Notes under the pieces: generated by a model | Database searches by the model: none | What the model was told of the DNA's origin: nothing | The model's input: only the letters and a program-made list of their open reading frames with translations | Assembly (NCBI GenBank): GCA_027623195.1 | Contig: JAQBUT010000014.1 | Location: forward strand, 21,881 to 85,880 | Direction of reading: 5' to 3' | DNA length: 64,000 bases | Source of the DNA: Chloroflexota bacterium | GTDB lineage: Bacteria; Chloroflexota; Dehalococcoidia; Lucifugimonadales; JADFKI01 | Part shown: piece after piece, positions 18,668-28,126 of the stretch | How positions within the stretch are numbered: the stretch's first letter is position 1 | How the letters are laid out: each line of letters begins with the position of its first letter | Translations under genes and position numbers: made by a program

Positions 18668-19591
18668 CTAGTGAGTTGCCCGGTAATAAGCCACGACGTC
18701 ACCAATGCCGTCTTCAAGCTCCACCGTCGGAGACCAGCCAAGTTTGGCCCTGGCCCTGGCGTAATCTAGACTTGATCGGTCCACCTCACCGGGCCTTTTG
18801 TGAGCGTACTTAGGCTCCATATCCGAGCGCACGGCCTTGCGGACCGCCTCGAATACCTGGAGGTCTGTTATCTCCTTGCCGCCGGCTAGGTTATAGGTCT
18901 CGTTGTCGCCCGCGTCGCGAATGGCAAGCACGTTGCCCTTAACGATATCGCCTACGTAGACGTAATCGCGGGTCTTGGTGCCATCGCCAAAGATAGTGGG
19001 CTGCACGCCCTCAACGAACTGCTTGGTGAATATTGAGATTACTCCCGCTTCGCCGTCTGGGTTCTGGCGCGGGCCAAAGACGTTGCCGTAGCGGAGAATC
19101 TTGTACTTCAGGCCATAAGCGAGCGCGAACATCCGTATGTAGCCCTCGACCGCATACTTGGACGCGCCGTAAGCAGACTCCGGGAGGACGGGGTGGCCTT
19201 CGTCCATTGGTATGTACTGGGCCCCGGCGTAGACCGCGCATGTAGACGCAAAGACTACACGCTCCACCTTCTGTTCCACGCAGGCCCGGACCACGTTAAT
19301 GGAACCCAAAACGTTTACCGTAGCGTCCCGAACGGGGTCCGCCATAGAAAGCCTGACGCTGGTCTGAGCTGCCAAATGGCTGACCACCTGTGGCTTAACT
19401 TCGGCAAAAACCGACCGGGTGGCCTCGAAGTCAGTTATGTCAGCCTTGTGGAAATCGGCCCGAGGGTTGAGATTAGCTTCTGAGCCCGCTGACAGGTCGT
19501 CGATTACGGCGACTTCATGTCCCTCTTCGATTAGAGCATCGACCAGATGAGACCCGATAAATCCGGCGCCGCCCGTGACCAGAACTTTCAT
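18668..19591 (-). CDS. NAD-dependent epimerase/dehydratase (GalE-like)
   Basis: TGGAGFIG, YGASK, RYGNVFGP, GDGTKTRDY. Confidence 0.93.
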   Translation of the reverse strand: MKVLVTGGAGFIGSHLVDALIEEGHEVAVIDDLSAGSEANLNPRADFHKADITDFEATRSVFAEVKPQVVSHLAAQTSVRLSMADPVRDATVNVLGSINVVRACVEQKVERVVFASTCAVYAGAQYIPMDEGHPVLPESAYGASKYAVEGYIRMFALAYGLKYKILRYGNVFGPRQNPDGEAGVISIFTKQFVEGVQPTIFGDGTKTRDYVYVGDIVKGNVLAIRDAGDNETYNLAGGKEITDLQVFEAVRKAVRSDMEPKYAHKRPGEVDRSSLDYARARAKLGWSPTVELEDGIGDVVAYYRATH

Positions 19592-19688
19592 AGCGTTACG
19601 CCGACACAGACTATCGCAATAATTTCACGCGCTACGAGATTCGACGACATAAAGGGCCTCCACAAATATGAGCACGAGGTTACCGCGA

Positions 19689-20260
19689 TCAAAGAAGGTT
19701 GGTAAGCCTTGGCCGCAGCACCATGCGTATCAATGACATTAGCAAAGCACTCAGCAAAACGAAGAGCACCAGATTCCAGTCAAACCCATGAATAATCAGT
19801 CCCAACGCAGTGCCAGCAGCGGGAGGGTGTTCAGTGTTCGTGACTGCCATAAAGAGGATACTCAACCCCAGTGAAAGCGCGGCCATAATATCGAAAATTA
19901 TTCTGTTATGTTCCACCAGAGGATTCAAAAAATCTGAATGCAACAGCAGGCTTAACGCCCCCCCCCAATTAATATGGCAACGAGATGACCGCCGATGACT
20001 CTTCTGGGGGTGGCGGCAATGCTGTTGGGGACAACGAAGATAATGAAGGCGGTTGACGCCACGGCCACAATTACGGCAGCGTTAAGGACCGCGTCTTCCA
20101 CAACCAGGATTATTAAGAGAACCAGGGTTGCCATGCCGCACTGAAATAGGTACTGGGGTGCTAGAGTGAGTACTCTTCGATCCCAAAGCCCTCCATGAAT
20201 CGCCTGATTTAGGCTTTGCCATCCGAACTTTGCAGGGCCGGAGCCTAGTTTCATAAGCAC
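19689..20260 (-). pseudogene. HPP-family membrane protein interrupted by a frameshift in a G9 tract
   Basis: 5' part ASTAFIIF..P...ATPRRVIGGH (19952-20260) and 3' part EHPPAAGTAL (19689-19943) are in different frames, joined at C9 19958-19966. Confidence 0.8.
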
Positions 20261-20359
20261 GTCTTCTCAAAGGTTTTCGCGGTGCGCCCTATGTCGTGAA
20301 CCTTACAACAAAATCCCGACTGATTCAAGGAGATTACAAATATCTGTCCGAAACGGCGA

Positions 20360-20388
20360 TTGACAATGATTTTGGAGCCGCTTAGAAT
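20360..20388 (+). promoter_or_regulatory. sigma70-type promoter of the ktr cluster
   Basis: TTGACA-17 nt-TAGAAT. Confidence 0.7.
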
Positions 20389-20501
20389 CGCTGAGATGAC
20401 CTCTTTTTCGCCCATGCTTTCGGGTTTGTCCACGGCTGCGCACAGGTGTGCATCGAGGTGGCTGCGCGGCTATATCACCACGAATCCCGTAAAGGGGTAG
20501 A

Positions 20502-21932
20502 TTGAGCGAATCCTGGAGTCCCAAGCCAGCAGATAGGGTAGTCCGTCATCCGCGAGAGGATGACATCAAGCCCATACGGCTGACGGTGACCGCCCGTAGA
20601 GTACCTTCCAAGTTCGCCGCCACCCCATTGCTTATGGTGTATACCTTCCTGGGTTTGGTAGCCATAGGCACCCTCCTCCTCCTCCTGCCTTTTACACATC
20701 ACGGTTCCGGGCTCACGCCCATCATGACCGCTGTGTTTACGTCTACGTCAGCTATCACCGGGACTGGCCTGGTGGTGGAGGACACGGCACTTTACTGGAC
20801 CCGAATCGGACAGGTAATCATTCTTGGGCTCATCTACGTTGGCGGACTGGGGTTCATGACAATCGCCACCTTCATGATGATTCTGATCGGCCAGCGGGTC
20901 ACGCTGGCCCAACGGCTCCTCGTGCGGGAAAGTCTGATGATAAACCAGTTAGGCGGCATTGTACGCCTCACAGTGGGCATCGTCATCGTGGCGACACTTA
21001 TTCAGGTTATAGGCTTCTTGGCACTGTTTTCCCGGTTCTACTTCCTTTACCCAGTTCCCGAAGCTATCTGGCAGGCTGTATTTCATTCTGTTTCATCGTT
21101 CAACAGCGCTGGCTTTTCCGTCTTTCTCGAGGCAGACCAACTTATTGCTTTCCGTGGCGACATCCCGGTTATGGGAGTCATGTCGGTACTCACCTTCATA
21201 GGAGCGCTGAGCTATCTAGTGATAATCGATCTCGTAAGACTCAGAAAATTTTCCTTGTTCACTCTGAACACCAAGCTAGTCTTGGTTATGACATTGGCGG
21301 TTAGCGTCATTTCCATTGCCGGATTCATGATATCCGAATACAGCAACGTCGATACGATAGGCACGCTGTCTTTCACCGACAAGCTCGTAGCCTCCGTGTT
21401 TCAGGGCATAAGCCTTCGCAGTTCTGGGTTCACCATCGCAGACCTTGGCTACGCGAACCAGCACACTAATTTCCTGACGTCGGGCCTAATGTTCATCGGC
21501 GGCACGTCGGCTTCGGTTGCAGGGGGATTAAAGGTGAACACGCTCGCCATCATTCTATTAAGTGTTGTGGCGCTCATTCGCGGACGAAACCACGCTACAG
21601 CATTTGGAAGAGAGTTACCTGCTTCTCTAGTGCAGAGAGCCATGGTACTGGGAACAGTGTCAGTAGCCTTTATGTTTTTGGTCGTGTTCCTTTTGACCAT
21701 ATCAGAAGGTGCAGCAGATTTGAGCGCAATAGTATTCGAAGCTACCTCTGCCTTTGGCACGGTTGGCCTTAGCACCGGTCTAACACCTAACCTATCTGTA
21801 GTGGGTGAGTGGTTAATAATAGCTACGATGTTTGTCGGAAAGCTAGGTCCTTTAACGATAGGTCTCACGATGGCACAGAGGACTGAGCATGACCTCTACA
21901 GGTACCCCCAGGAAAGAGTTACAATAGGCTAA
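20502..21932 (+). CDS. ktrB: Ktr/Trk potassium uptake membrane subunit
   Basis: Four P-loop glycines (TGTGL, NSAGF, RSSGF, GTVGLS); C-terminal YPQERVTIG. Confidence 0.9.
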   Translation: MSESWSPKPADRVVRHPREDDIKPIRLTVTARRVPSKFAATPLLMVYTFLGLVAIGTLLLLLPFTHHGSGLTPIMTAVFTSTSAITGTGLVVEDTALYWTRIGQVIILGLIYVGGLGFMTIATFMMILIGQRVTLAQRLLVRESLMINQLGGIVRLTVGIVIVATLIQVIGFLALFSRFYFLYPVPEAIWQAVFHSVSSFNSAGFSVFLEADQLIAFRGDIPVMGVMSVLTFIGALSYLVIIDLVRLRKFSLFTLNTKLVLVMTLAVSVISIAGFMISEYSNVDTIGTLSFTDKLVASVFQGISLRSSGFTIADLGYANQHTNFLTSGLMFIGGTSASVAGGLKVNTLAIILLSVVALIRGRNHATAFGRELPASLVQRAMVLGTVSVAFMFLVVFLLTISEGAADLSAIVFEATSAFGTVGLSTGLTPNLSVVGEWLIIATMFVGKLGPLTIGLTMAQRTEHDLYRYPQERVTIG

Positions 21933-21960
21933 TTAATCAGGACCTCCAGGTGATACTGAT

Positions 21961-22617
21961 ATGAAAAAGCAAGTAATTGTAGTGGGGTTGGGGCGCTTCG
22001 GCTCCAGCGTTGCCACGTCACTTTACCATTTGGGCCACGACGTTCTCGCCATGGATAAGGATGAATCCAAGGTCCAAAATATGATGGGGCAAGCTACCCA
22101 CGCCCTAACTGGCAACGCCACGGATGAGCACGTTTTCAGGGAGTTGGGCATACCAGATTACGATGTGGCCATAGTTTCGATCGGCTCGGACCTGGTTTCC
22201 AGCGTAATGGCCTCCGTGCTTCTGAAGACCATGGGCGTCCCCTACATCGTGGCCAGGGCGCACGACGAACTGCACGGCAACACACTAGAGCGCATAGGTG
22301 TCAACAGGGTGGTGTATGCCGAGTCGGAAATGGGTCTTCGCCTGGCGCATACGCTCTTCAACCCGAACGTCCAGGAGTACCTGGAACTGACCCCAAACTT
22401 TGGGATAAGCAAGATTCTCGTCCCCAACAGGTTCGACGAGATGAGCCTCAAGGAGTTGGGGTTCTCCAGTCCTCGGGATAAATACGGCCTGGCCGTTCTG
22501 GCAATACGCCGTGGCAAGGACATAACCCTCAACCCGGACAGCGACGAACGTCTTCACGCTGGCGACTGGCTTGTGCTTGCCGGAAGAGACGACCTTCTGG
22601 ACAATCTCGACACCTAA
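21961..22617 (+). CDS. ktrA: Ktr/Trk NAD-binding regulatory subunit
   Basis: GLGRFG RCK_N plus RCK_C domain. Confidence 0.9.
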   Translation: MKKQVIVVGLGRFGSSVATSLYHLGHDVLAMDKDESKVQNMMGQATHALTGNATDEHVFRELGIPDYDVAIVSIGSDLVSSVMASVLLKTMGVPYIVARAHDELHGNTLERIGVNRVVYAESEMGLRLAHTLFNPNVQEYLELTPNFGISKILVPNRFDEMSLKELGFSSPRDKYGLAVLAIRRGKDITLNPDSDERLHAGDWLVLAGRDDLLDNLDT

Positions 22618-22662
22618 AATCCCCTTAAAGTGATTAGGTAATCGGCGTAGAAGGGCAGTGCC

Positions 22663-23115
22663 ATGGACATCTCAACTGCACTGGTAGCAGTACGAGGCGA
22701 CGCCAACGATGACGAAGCCGTTAGGTTGGCTGGAGAGCTGCTTAACAGCTCCAAGAGCACCCTGTACATCCTGTACGTCATCGAAATGGAGCGAGGCCTA
22801 CCTCTCGACGCTGAGGTTGGTGCTTCGACTGCCAAAGGCGAGCAGGTCCTGAAACATATGGAAGATGTGGCCAAGCGCTTCAAATGCAAGACGGAGGCCC
22901 ATCTGCTTCAGGCGAGGCAGGCCGGCGGCGCCGTCATTCAAGAGGCCGTCGAAAAGAAGGTCGAGGCCATAGTGATCAGCATGCCATACATTGGCCAATA
23001 TGCGGCATATTCGATTGGGGAAACGGTACCGTACGTCCTTAAGAATGCCCCCTGCCGCGTAATATTATGCCGCGGCGAGAGACCTGCCCCAGTCACCAAT
23101 GAACGAAACCGCTAA
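22663..23115 (+). CDS. universal stress protein
   Basis: USP pattern; IGETVPYVLKNAPCRV. Confidence 0.88.
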   Translation: MDISTALVAVRGDANDDEAVRLAGELLNSSKSTLYILYVIEMERGLPLDAEVGASTAKGEQVLKHMEDVAKRFKCKTEAHLLQARQAGGAVIQEAVEKKVEAIVISMPYIGQYAAYSIGETVPYVLKNAPCRVILCRGERPAPVTNERNR

Positions 23116-23149
23116 AGCCTTTCCATGATTCTTATATGTCAGCATACCT

Positions 23150-23596
23150 ATGACCACAAGTTCTAACGCCCGCACCAAGGGGCCACCCACGACGGTAATC
23201 ATGGGGTGCGGCAGGCTGGGCGCTTCCATAGCCCACAGCCTCCTGCAGGACGGCCATCGCATCTACATAATGGACATCCAGGCCAGCAACTTCGACAGGT
23301 TGCGCTCAGACCCAGTCCAATTAGGCCTCATCACCCCTATGGTGGGCGACGGCACGGTCTACGCCGACTTGCGGAAGACGCCAGTAAGAGATGCGGGTGT
23401 ATTCATAGCCGTTTCCGGCAGGGACACTCAGAACGCCTTGGCCGCGCAAATCGCCAGGCATATTTTCGAGGTTCCAAATGTGATATGCCGAATGAATGAT
23501 CCCGATCGACAGGCCATGTACCAGGAGCTGGGGTTAAAGGCCATCAGCGGCATTAAGCCTTTGACTGATCTGGTTGTTAGGGCGGCAAAGGACTAA
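23150..23596 (+). CDS. TrkA-N-only (RCK_N) protein
   Basis: IMGCGRLG, GDGT, DTQN. Confidence 0.85.
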   Translation: MTTSSNARTKGPPTTVIMGCGRLGASIAHSLLQDGHRIYIMDIQASNFDRLRSDPVQLGLITPMVGDGTVYADLRKTPVRDAGVFIAVSGRDTQNALAAQIARHIFEVPNVICRMNDPDRQAMYQELGLKAISGIKPLTDLVVRAAKD

Positions 23597-24015
23597 TGTA
23601 CGCTATCATCGTGGGCGCAGGTAGGACTGGACTGGCGATCGCAAGCTGGCTCCTGAATGGGGAGAATGAGGTCACCGTGGTTGACAGGTCAGTCGCAAAG
23701 TGCGAATCTTTGGAAGACCTGTTTGGCGGCGTGGCCGTACTGGGCGACGGAGCCGAATACGGAGTCTTGGCCAAGGCGGGAACCAACCGCGCAGACGTGG
23801 TGGTCGCCGCTACTGGAATGGATGACGTAAACCTTGTGACGTGCCAGATTGCGATGCACCGATTCGCAGTGAAAAGGACCGTGGCTGTTATTCAAAATCC
23901 CGAATACCAGGAGCTGTTCGAGACATTAGGGATCGGCACTGTCGTAAACGCGACCAGGATGATCACCGATAATATGATGAGCGCGCTGTCAGGCATTACC
24001 TCAGAAAGCCCATGA
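23596..24015 (+). CDS. TrkA-N-only (RCK_N) protein
   Basis: IVGAGRTG, GDG, TGMDDVN; 1-bp overlap with the previous gene. Confidence 0.85.
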   Translation: MYAIIVGAGRTGLAIASWLLNGENEVTVVDRSVAKCESLEDLFGGVAVLGDGAEYGVLAKAGTNRADVVVAATGMDDVNLVTCQIAMHRFAVKRTVAVIQNPEYQELFETLGIGTVVNATRMITDNMMSALSGITSESP

Positions 24016-24037
24016 CGGCCCTCTTAGGGACTGCCGA

Positions 24038-24874
24038 ATGAAGAAGCGCCTATCCTACCTAGGCCCCGAGGGAACCTACACAGAAGAGGCCGCAACCAAG
24101 TATGACCCCGACGCCTACCTCGTATCCTGCCCCACGATAACCGCCGCCGCTAACGCCGCCGAATCCGGCGATGCTGATGAGGCTGTGCTACCCATTGAAA
24201 ACAGTTTGGGAGGCGCGGTGGCAGAAACCCTGGACCTGTTGATTCACCAGTCCAAACTGCAAATTCGCAGTGAGATAGTCCTGCCTATTCACCACTGCAT
24301 TATGGCCAAGCACGACACTAATCCGGCCGATGTCAGCGTCGTGTTCTCCCATCCACAGTCGCTGGCCCAATGCAGAGGTTACCTGGAGCGCCATTACCCT
24401 AATGCCCGACTAGTCGCATCGTTGAGCAATTCCGCGGCAGTAGGGGAGATGCAAGCCAGCGAAGAGACTGCCGCAGCGATAGCAGGTCGGCGAGCGGCGG
24501 AGCTATATCAGGCAAACGTCCTTGACCGGGAGATTGAAGACAACCCCAGTAACGCCACTCGATTCGTCGTCATGGGCCACACCGATCACGAACCCACCGG
24601 TAACGATAAGACCTCGTTATGCTTCGACTTCAAATCAGACGCGCCCGGTATACTGGTCGTCGCATTAGGCGAATTCTCCAATCGAGACCTAAATCTCAAC
24701 AAGATAGAGTCTCGTCCTACGCGATTGGGATTGGGACGTTACATCTTCCTTGTGGACATCGACGGGCATAGGCAGGACGCTAAGGTGGTTGAAGCGTTGG
24801 ATGCCCTGAGGAAGCATGTTTCCATGCTGAAGGTGCTGGGATCGTACCCCAAGGAAGTCTCCTCCTCAATTTAA
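24038..24874 (+). CDS. pheA: prephenate dehydratase
   Basis: YLGPEGTY, PIENS, SHPQ, NATRF, KIESRP, LGSYP. Confidence 0.95.
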   Translation: MKKRLSYLGPEGTYTEEAATKYDPDAYLVSCPTITAAANAAESGDADEAVLPIENSLGGAVAETLDLLIHQSKLQIRSEIVLPIHHCIMAKHDTNPADVSVVFSHPQSLAQCRGYLERHYPNARLVASLSNSAAVGEMQASEETAAAIAGRRAAELYQANVLDREIEDNPSNATRFVVMGHTDHEPTGNDKTSLCFDFKSDAPGILVVALGEFSNRDLNLNKIESRPTRLGLGRYIFLVDIDGHRQDAKVVEALDALRKHVSMLKVLGSYPKEVSSSI

Positions 24875-24903
24875 ATTCTCCATTATCTGGCTTAGAAAAA
24901 TAA

Positions 24904-24938
24904 AACAGGCCCGGCATAATATGCCGGGCCTGTTCTTT
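24904..24938. terminator. intrinsic terminator
   Basis: AACAGGCCCGGCAT / ATGCCGGGCCTGTT stem between convergent genes. Confidence 0.8.
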
Positions 24939-24971
24939 GAGTTCAATTTCCATGGGCCGGATTGGGACTAG

Positions 24972-25316
24972 CTAGACCTGCTCTTCAGAAGTCGCCCCGT
25001 CGAGGCCAGCATTCTGACCATTCATTTCAGTGCCGGGCTGCGTGTCTGGAGTCTGAGCGATTACCGGGTTTACTGCAGGGCCAAACCGTCCTCGTACCCC
25101 AACGACGGCGGATTCGACGGAAGGTCCAACGCGCTCGCGCATGCTAGCGGCCATTTCATCAGCTCGGGAACGCCAAGTCTGGCTGCGTTCCGCCAGGTCA
25201 GATCTGGTTTCGGCACCTGCCTTGGGTGCCATCAGCATGGCTGCGAGAGCCCCAATAATTCCGCCAAGAATGAATCCTAAGGTAAATGAACCGCCATGTT
25301 CTTTATCGTCTGCCAC
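24972..25316 (-). CDS. YtxH-domain protein
   Basis: FTLGFILGGIIGALAAMLMAPKAGAETR signature. Confidence 0.88.
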   Translation of the reverse strand: MADDKEHGGSFTLGFILGGIIGALAAMLMAPKAGAETRSDLAERSQTWRSRADEMAASMRERVGPSVESAVVGVRGRFGPAVNPVIAQTPDTQPGTEMNGQNAGLDGATSEEQV

Positions 25317-25336
25317 AATTGTACCTCCTCTAGCGC

Positions 25337-25615
25337 TTATTCCTGCTTCTTACTGCCTCGTAGGAAGGCCACTACTTTCCCAACACCAAATGCCACGCCC
25401 GAACCCTTGGAGGCGGGGCCTACTATGTTATCTTGCACAGAGGCAACCATCTCCTCTGTTGTCTTGACGATACGACCTACAGAGCCTATGGCTTGGGACA
25501 CCTTGCGATATGTGAGGATCACTGTCGCCAGCAAAGCGAGCAACAGTACCAACATAATAATGTCTCGAAGAAGGCCTACATATACTGCAATTGCTTCGAC
25601 GGCCTCTGGGACCAT
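25337..25615 (-). CDS. small membrane protein (DUF948/YtxG-like)
   Basis: N-terminal TM then amphipathic helix; directly upstream of the ytxH-like gene. Confidence 0.65.
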   Translation of the reverse strand: MVPEAVEAIAVYVGLLRDIIMLVLLLALLATVILTYRKVSQAIGSVGRIVKTTEEMVASVQDNIVGPASKGSGVAFGVGKVVAFLRGSKKQE

Positions 25616-25913
25616 GAATCGGCTCCTGCGTATTTATACTTTAATCGTAGCATTCCCTAGAGACACCATCAATACAGAACCTGAAATCCATGCAGCCCGT
25701 TGCCAATGGCCTGCATCCCTCAACGTAGTGTGTCATAACATAAATGGCCAAAAGCTCTATTGAACGAGACTCAAAAAGCTCCGCATTTCCGAGGATATTT
25801 TCGAGTTTTGGAGAATTAGGCCGCTTGTAGAAGCAGAAAGCGCGTCGTCCAGCAATCCGAAATGTTGCGAGCAACGCGCTCTCTGGTTATTCAGAGGTTT
25901 TAAAGAAACGACG

Positions 25914-26903
25914 TTACGGTTGTATCAGCATCCTTACGAACCCAGCCGGATCTTTTCGCTGAGTGATGATGCTATGGTTTCGGTTCTCAGCCCAGACGAT
26001 TACGTCGTAGGTATTCAGCACGTCCGGTATGACAACTTCGACGAAGGACTTGGAGTCCTGACCAATTTGCTCGGTCAACGCTGCAATTATGCCCGCGCAT
26101 GTCTTGCCAGTGCCGTCGATGATTACCCAGCCGTTGTCCGAAGTGCCGTTGGTCCCATTTGTGCCATTGCCAGCAGACGCGTAAACGTCTACCTCACCAG
26201 TGAGGCGCATGTCCACCTGCCGCTTGAACTCGGCCACCGGCTCCCAATGCACGCTGGACTCTCGATCGCCCTTCGTGCAGGCGGCGCCGCGTACCCCGAC
26301 GATGTCCGGGTTGATGCGAGCGAGTTCATCCAGGTCCTTAAGGGCCAGATGACCGGAAAGAGCAGTACTCATGCCAGCTTCCTTACCCTCCAGGACCATC
26401 TCCTTCAACTCATCCTCGCGGACAAAGTCGAAAAGGTTTCGCCCGTCTTTGGTAAGGGTGTCCAACAGCCAGCCATCGCACTTGGTCTCCTTGGCCAGCT
26501 TATTCATGTAATGAGGTTCCAGGCCGCCGTACAGCATGTTATCGGCGAAAATACAGCCGATGAGCTTGGTTTCGAAGCCATCCAAGACCTCACGGCAGGC
26601 GTTCAGAGTCTCCGCCGCCACCGCGTATTCGGTGTCCATAAACCCCACCTTCACCGAGGTCGCTCGAAGAACGCCCGCAGTGTAGACCGCCATGGCCACG
26701 GTGCCAATCTGATTGGGGACTACGCCCAAGGTCACACTGGCGTGTCGATCCATGGGAATTGCGTTTCTCACGTCCCGCACTATGTGGGGGTGCGCTGACC
26801 CGACCCGAGCCTCCTGGAGGTTCTTGACGTCGACAATATCGGCCCCGCCCTTCAGTGCTTGAAGTGCTTCTTCCAGGTTCTGGACGCTAACCATAAGAAT
26901 CAT
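25914..26903 (-). CDS. mfnB: (5-formylfuran-3-yl)methyl phosphate synthase-like (DUF556) protein with C-terminal TusA/SirA-like domain
   Basis: LMVSV, GGADIVDVKN, VKVG, LDTLTKDG, LSGHL, PDIVGVRGAAC; NGT-repeat linker, then IDGTGKTCA...YDVIVWAE. Confidence 0.82.
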   Translation of the reverse strand: MILMVSVQNLEEALQALKGGADIVDVKNLQEARVGSAHPHIVRDVRNAIPMDRHASVTLGVVPNQIGTVAMAVYTAGVLRATSVKVGFMDTEYAVAAETLNACREVLDGFETKLIGCIFADNMLYGGLEPHYMNKLAKETKCDGWLLDTLTKDGRNLFDFVREDELKEMVLEGKEAGMSTALSGHLALKDLDELARINPDIVGVRGAACTKGDRESSVHWEPVAEFKRQVDMRLTGEVDVYASAGNGTNGTNGTSDNGWVIIDGTGKTCAGIIAALTEQIGQDSKSFVEVVIPDVLNTYDVIVWAENRNHSIITQRKDPAGFVRMLIQP

Positions 26904-26922
26904 TGTTTTATCTCACTAAACT

Positions 26923-27894
26923 CTATATTTTCTGCAAGGCCTCTTCTACGTCCTGTTTCACCTGCGCCTTGATCTCGTCGGTGAAATTGATGTGTGGCTG
27001 GCGTACGTGTCCGCCGGCCATACCCATAAGCTCGCCCCAGTACTTACAAAGAGGAGCGGGCAGGGCACCATTGGCCATCTCGACCGTCCGCTTCCACCAT
27101 TTGTCTGAAACATCCTTGATAGGTTTCACGTGGGTGTCGTAGAACGCCCTGTCCAGATCGCCTCGCATGGCCTTGTCGATGAACTGGTTGTAGTAGTTCT
27201 TCTCAGGGGTGTCGAAACGCCAATCGGACGTATTGGCGAACATTACCTGCTGTTCAAAGCCCATCTCTTTGCCTTTGAACATGATCCACTCGTCCGGTGT
27301 GCTAATGATGGCGTCGCGGCCCAACCTGGTGTGGGCCTCTATGGACAGCTCCGGATTGAAGCTGGCTTCCTTTACGCCTACGACATTGGGAATCTCGCAT
27401 ATAGAACCCAAGCCGTCTGCGCTCATAACGATGCCAAACTGTGGAGAGTTGTAATACATAATTGCGAGGTCGGTGTTGTCGGCCAGCATCTTGACCCAGT
27501 CGATAACCTGTCCCTCAGTTTTGGTGACCATGTAGGGCGCGGCCACTATGAGGAGATCGAATCCAACACCCTCGGCATGCTTGGCCAGGGCAATCATATC
27601 CTTGTACGAGGTATGGGTGACGTGGGCCGCTATGGGCCACTCCCCGCCAGCCTCGTCGGCCGAAACGCTGTACACACGAAGCCGCTCTGCCATCGTAAGG
27701 CTCCAGAATTCACCCATTGCCCAGGTGCAGCCTCCGCCCTGGGTACCCAGGGAGCGGACATGTCGAATATTATGCCTGAGGCCCTCCTCGTCTAGCTCGT
27801 CCTCCGGAGTAAAGGGCGTCATCAGAGTAGTCCACTGGCCACGCAAATTCTCGCGGGCCCAATCCATTGCTTCAGCTTTAGTATATTCAGCCAA
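26923..27894 (-). CDS. dihydrodipicolinate synthase/NAL-family aldolase (divergent)
   Basis: TPF, GEFWSLT..ER, APY, MYYN, VGVKE (Schiff-base Lys); GGAGG RBS. Confidence 0.88.
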   Translation of the reverse strand: MAEYTKAEAMDWARENLRGQWTTLMTPFTPEDELDEEGLRHNIRHVRSLGTQGGGCTWAMGEFWSLTMAERLRVYSVSADEAGGEWPIAAHVTHTSYKDMIALAKHAEGVGFDLLIVAAPYMVTKTEGQVIDWVKMLADNTDLAIMYYNSPQFGIVMSADGLGSICEIPNVVGVKEASFNPELSIEAHTRLGRDAIISTPDEWIMFKGKEMGFEQQVMFANTSDWRFDTPEKNYYNQFIDKAMRGDLDRAFYDTHVKPIKDVSDKWWKRTVEMANGALPAPLCKYWGELMGMAGGHVRQPHINFTDEIKAQVKQDVEEALQKI

Positions 27895-28001
27895 CCCCCA
27901 CCTCCTTTTGGCGCTTTCGCTTAAGGCACCTTAGCCAGACTTCAGGGTAGCCAAAAATCGGCACAATTCCCCAACGTAAAAGGCCGGTTTCATCGGAGTT
28001 T

Positions 28002-28030
28002 ATGATAGCTACGGCCCCTGCCTATGTCAA
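28002..28030 (-). promoter_or_regulatory. sigma70-type promoter of the aldolase-mfnB operon
   Basis: Minus-strand TTGACA-17 nt-TATCAT. Confidence 0.65.
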
Positions 28031-28126
28031 CATTAAGGCGTCGAAATACGGCAGAAACCCAGGAGCGGGTCGTCAGTCAATTGGGGCGTATAAACGCGAG
28101 GGAAGTCTATCGGGAAAGGAGGGGTT

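Noticed and set aside
20390..20540. c-di-AMP (ydaO) riboswitch before ktrB
   Set aside because: GAATCCC...GGGGTAG is faintly similar, but the GCGGGGGA and CCCG.CAGCTAAC elements are missing.
25920..27795. Long + strand ORFs (292 aa, 221 aa) antisense to mfnB and the aldolase
   Set aside because: Shadow ORFs with no motifs or RBS; the same applies to the other antisense ORFs in the track.
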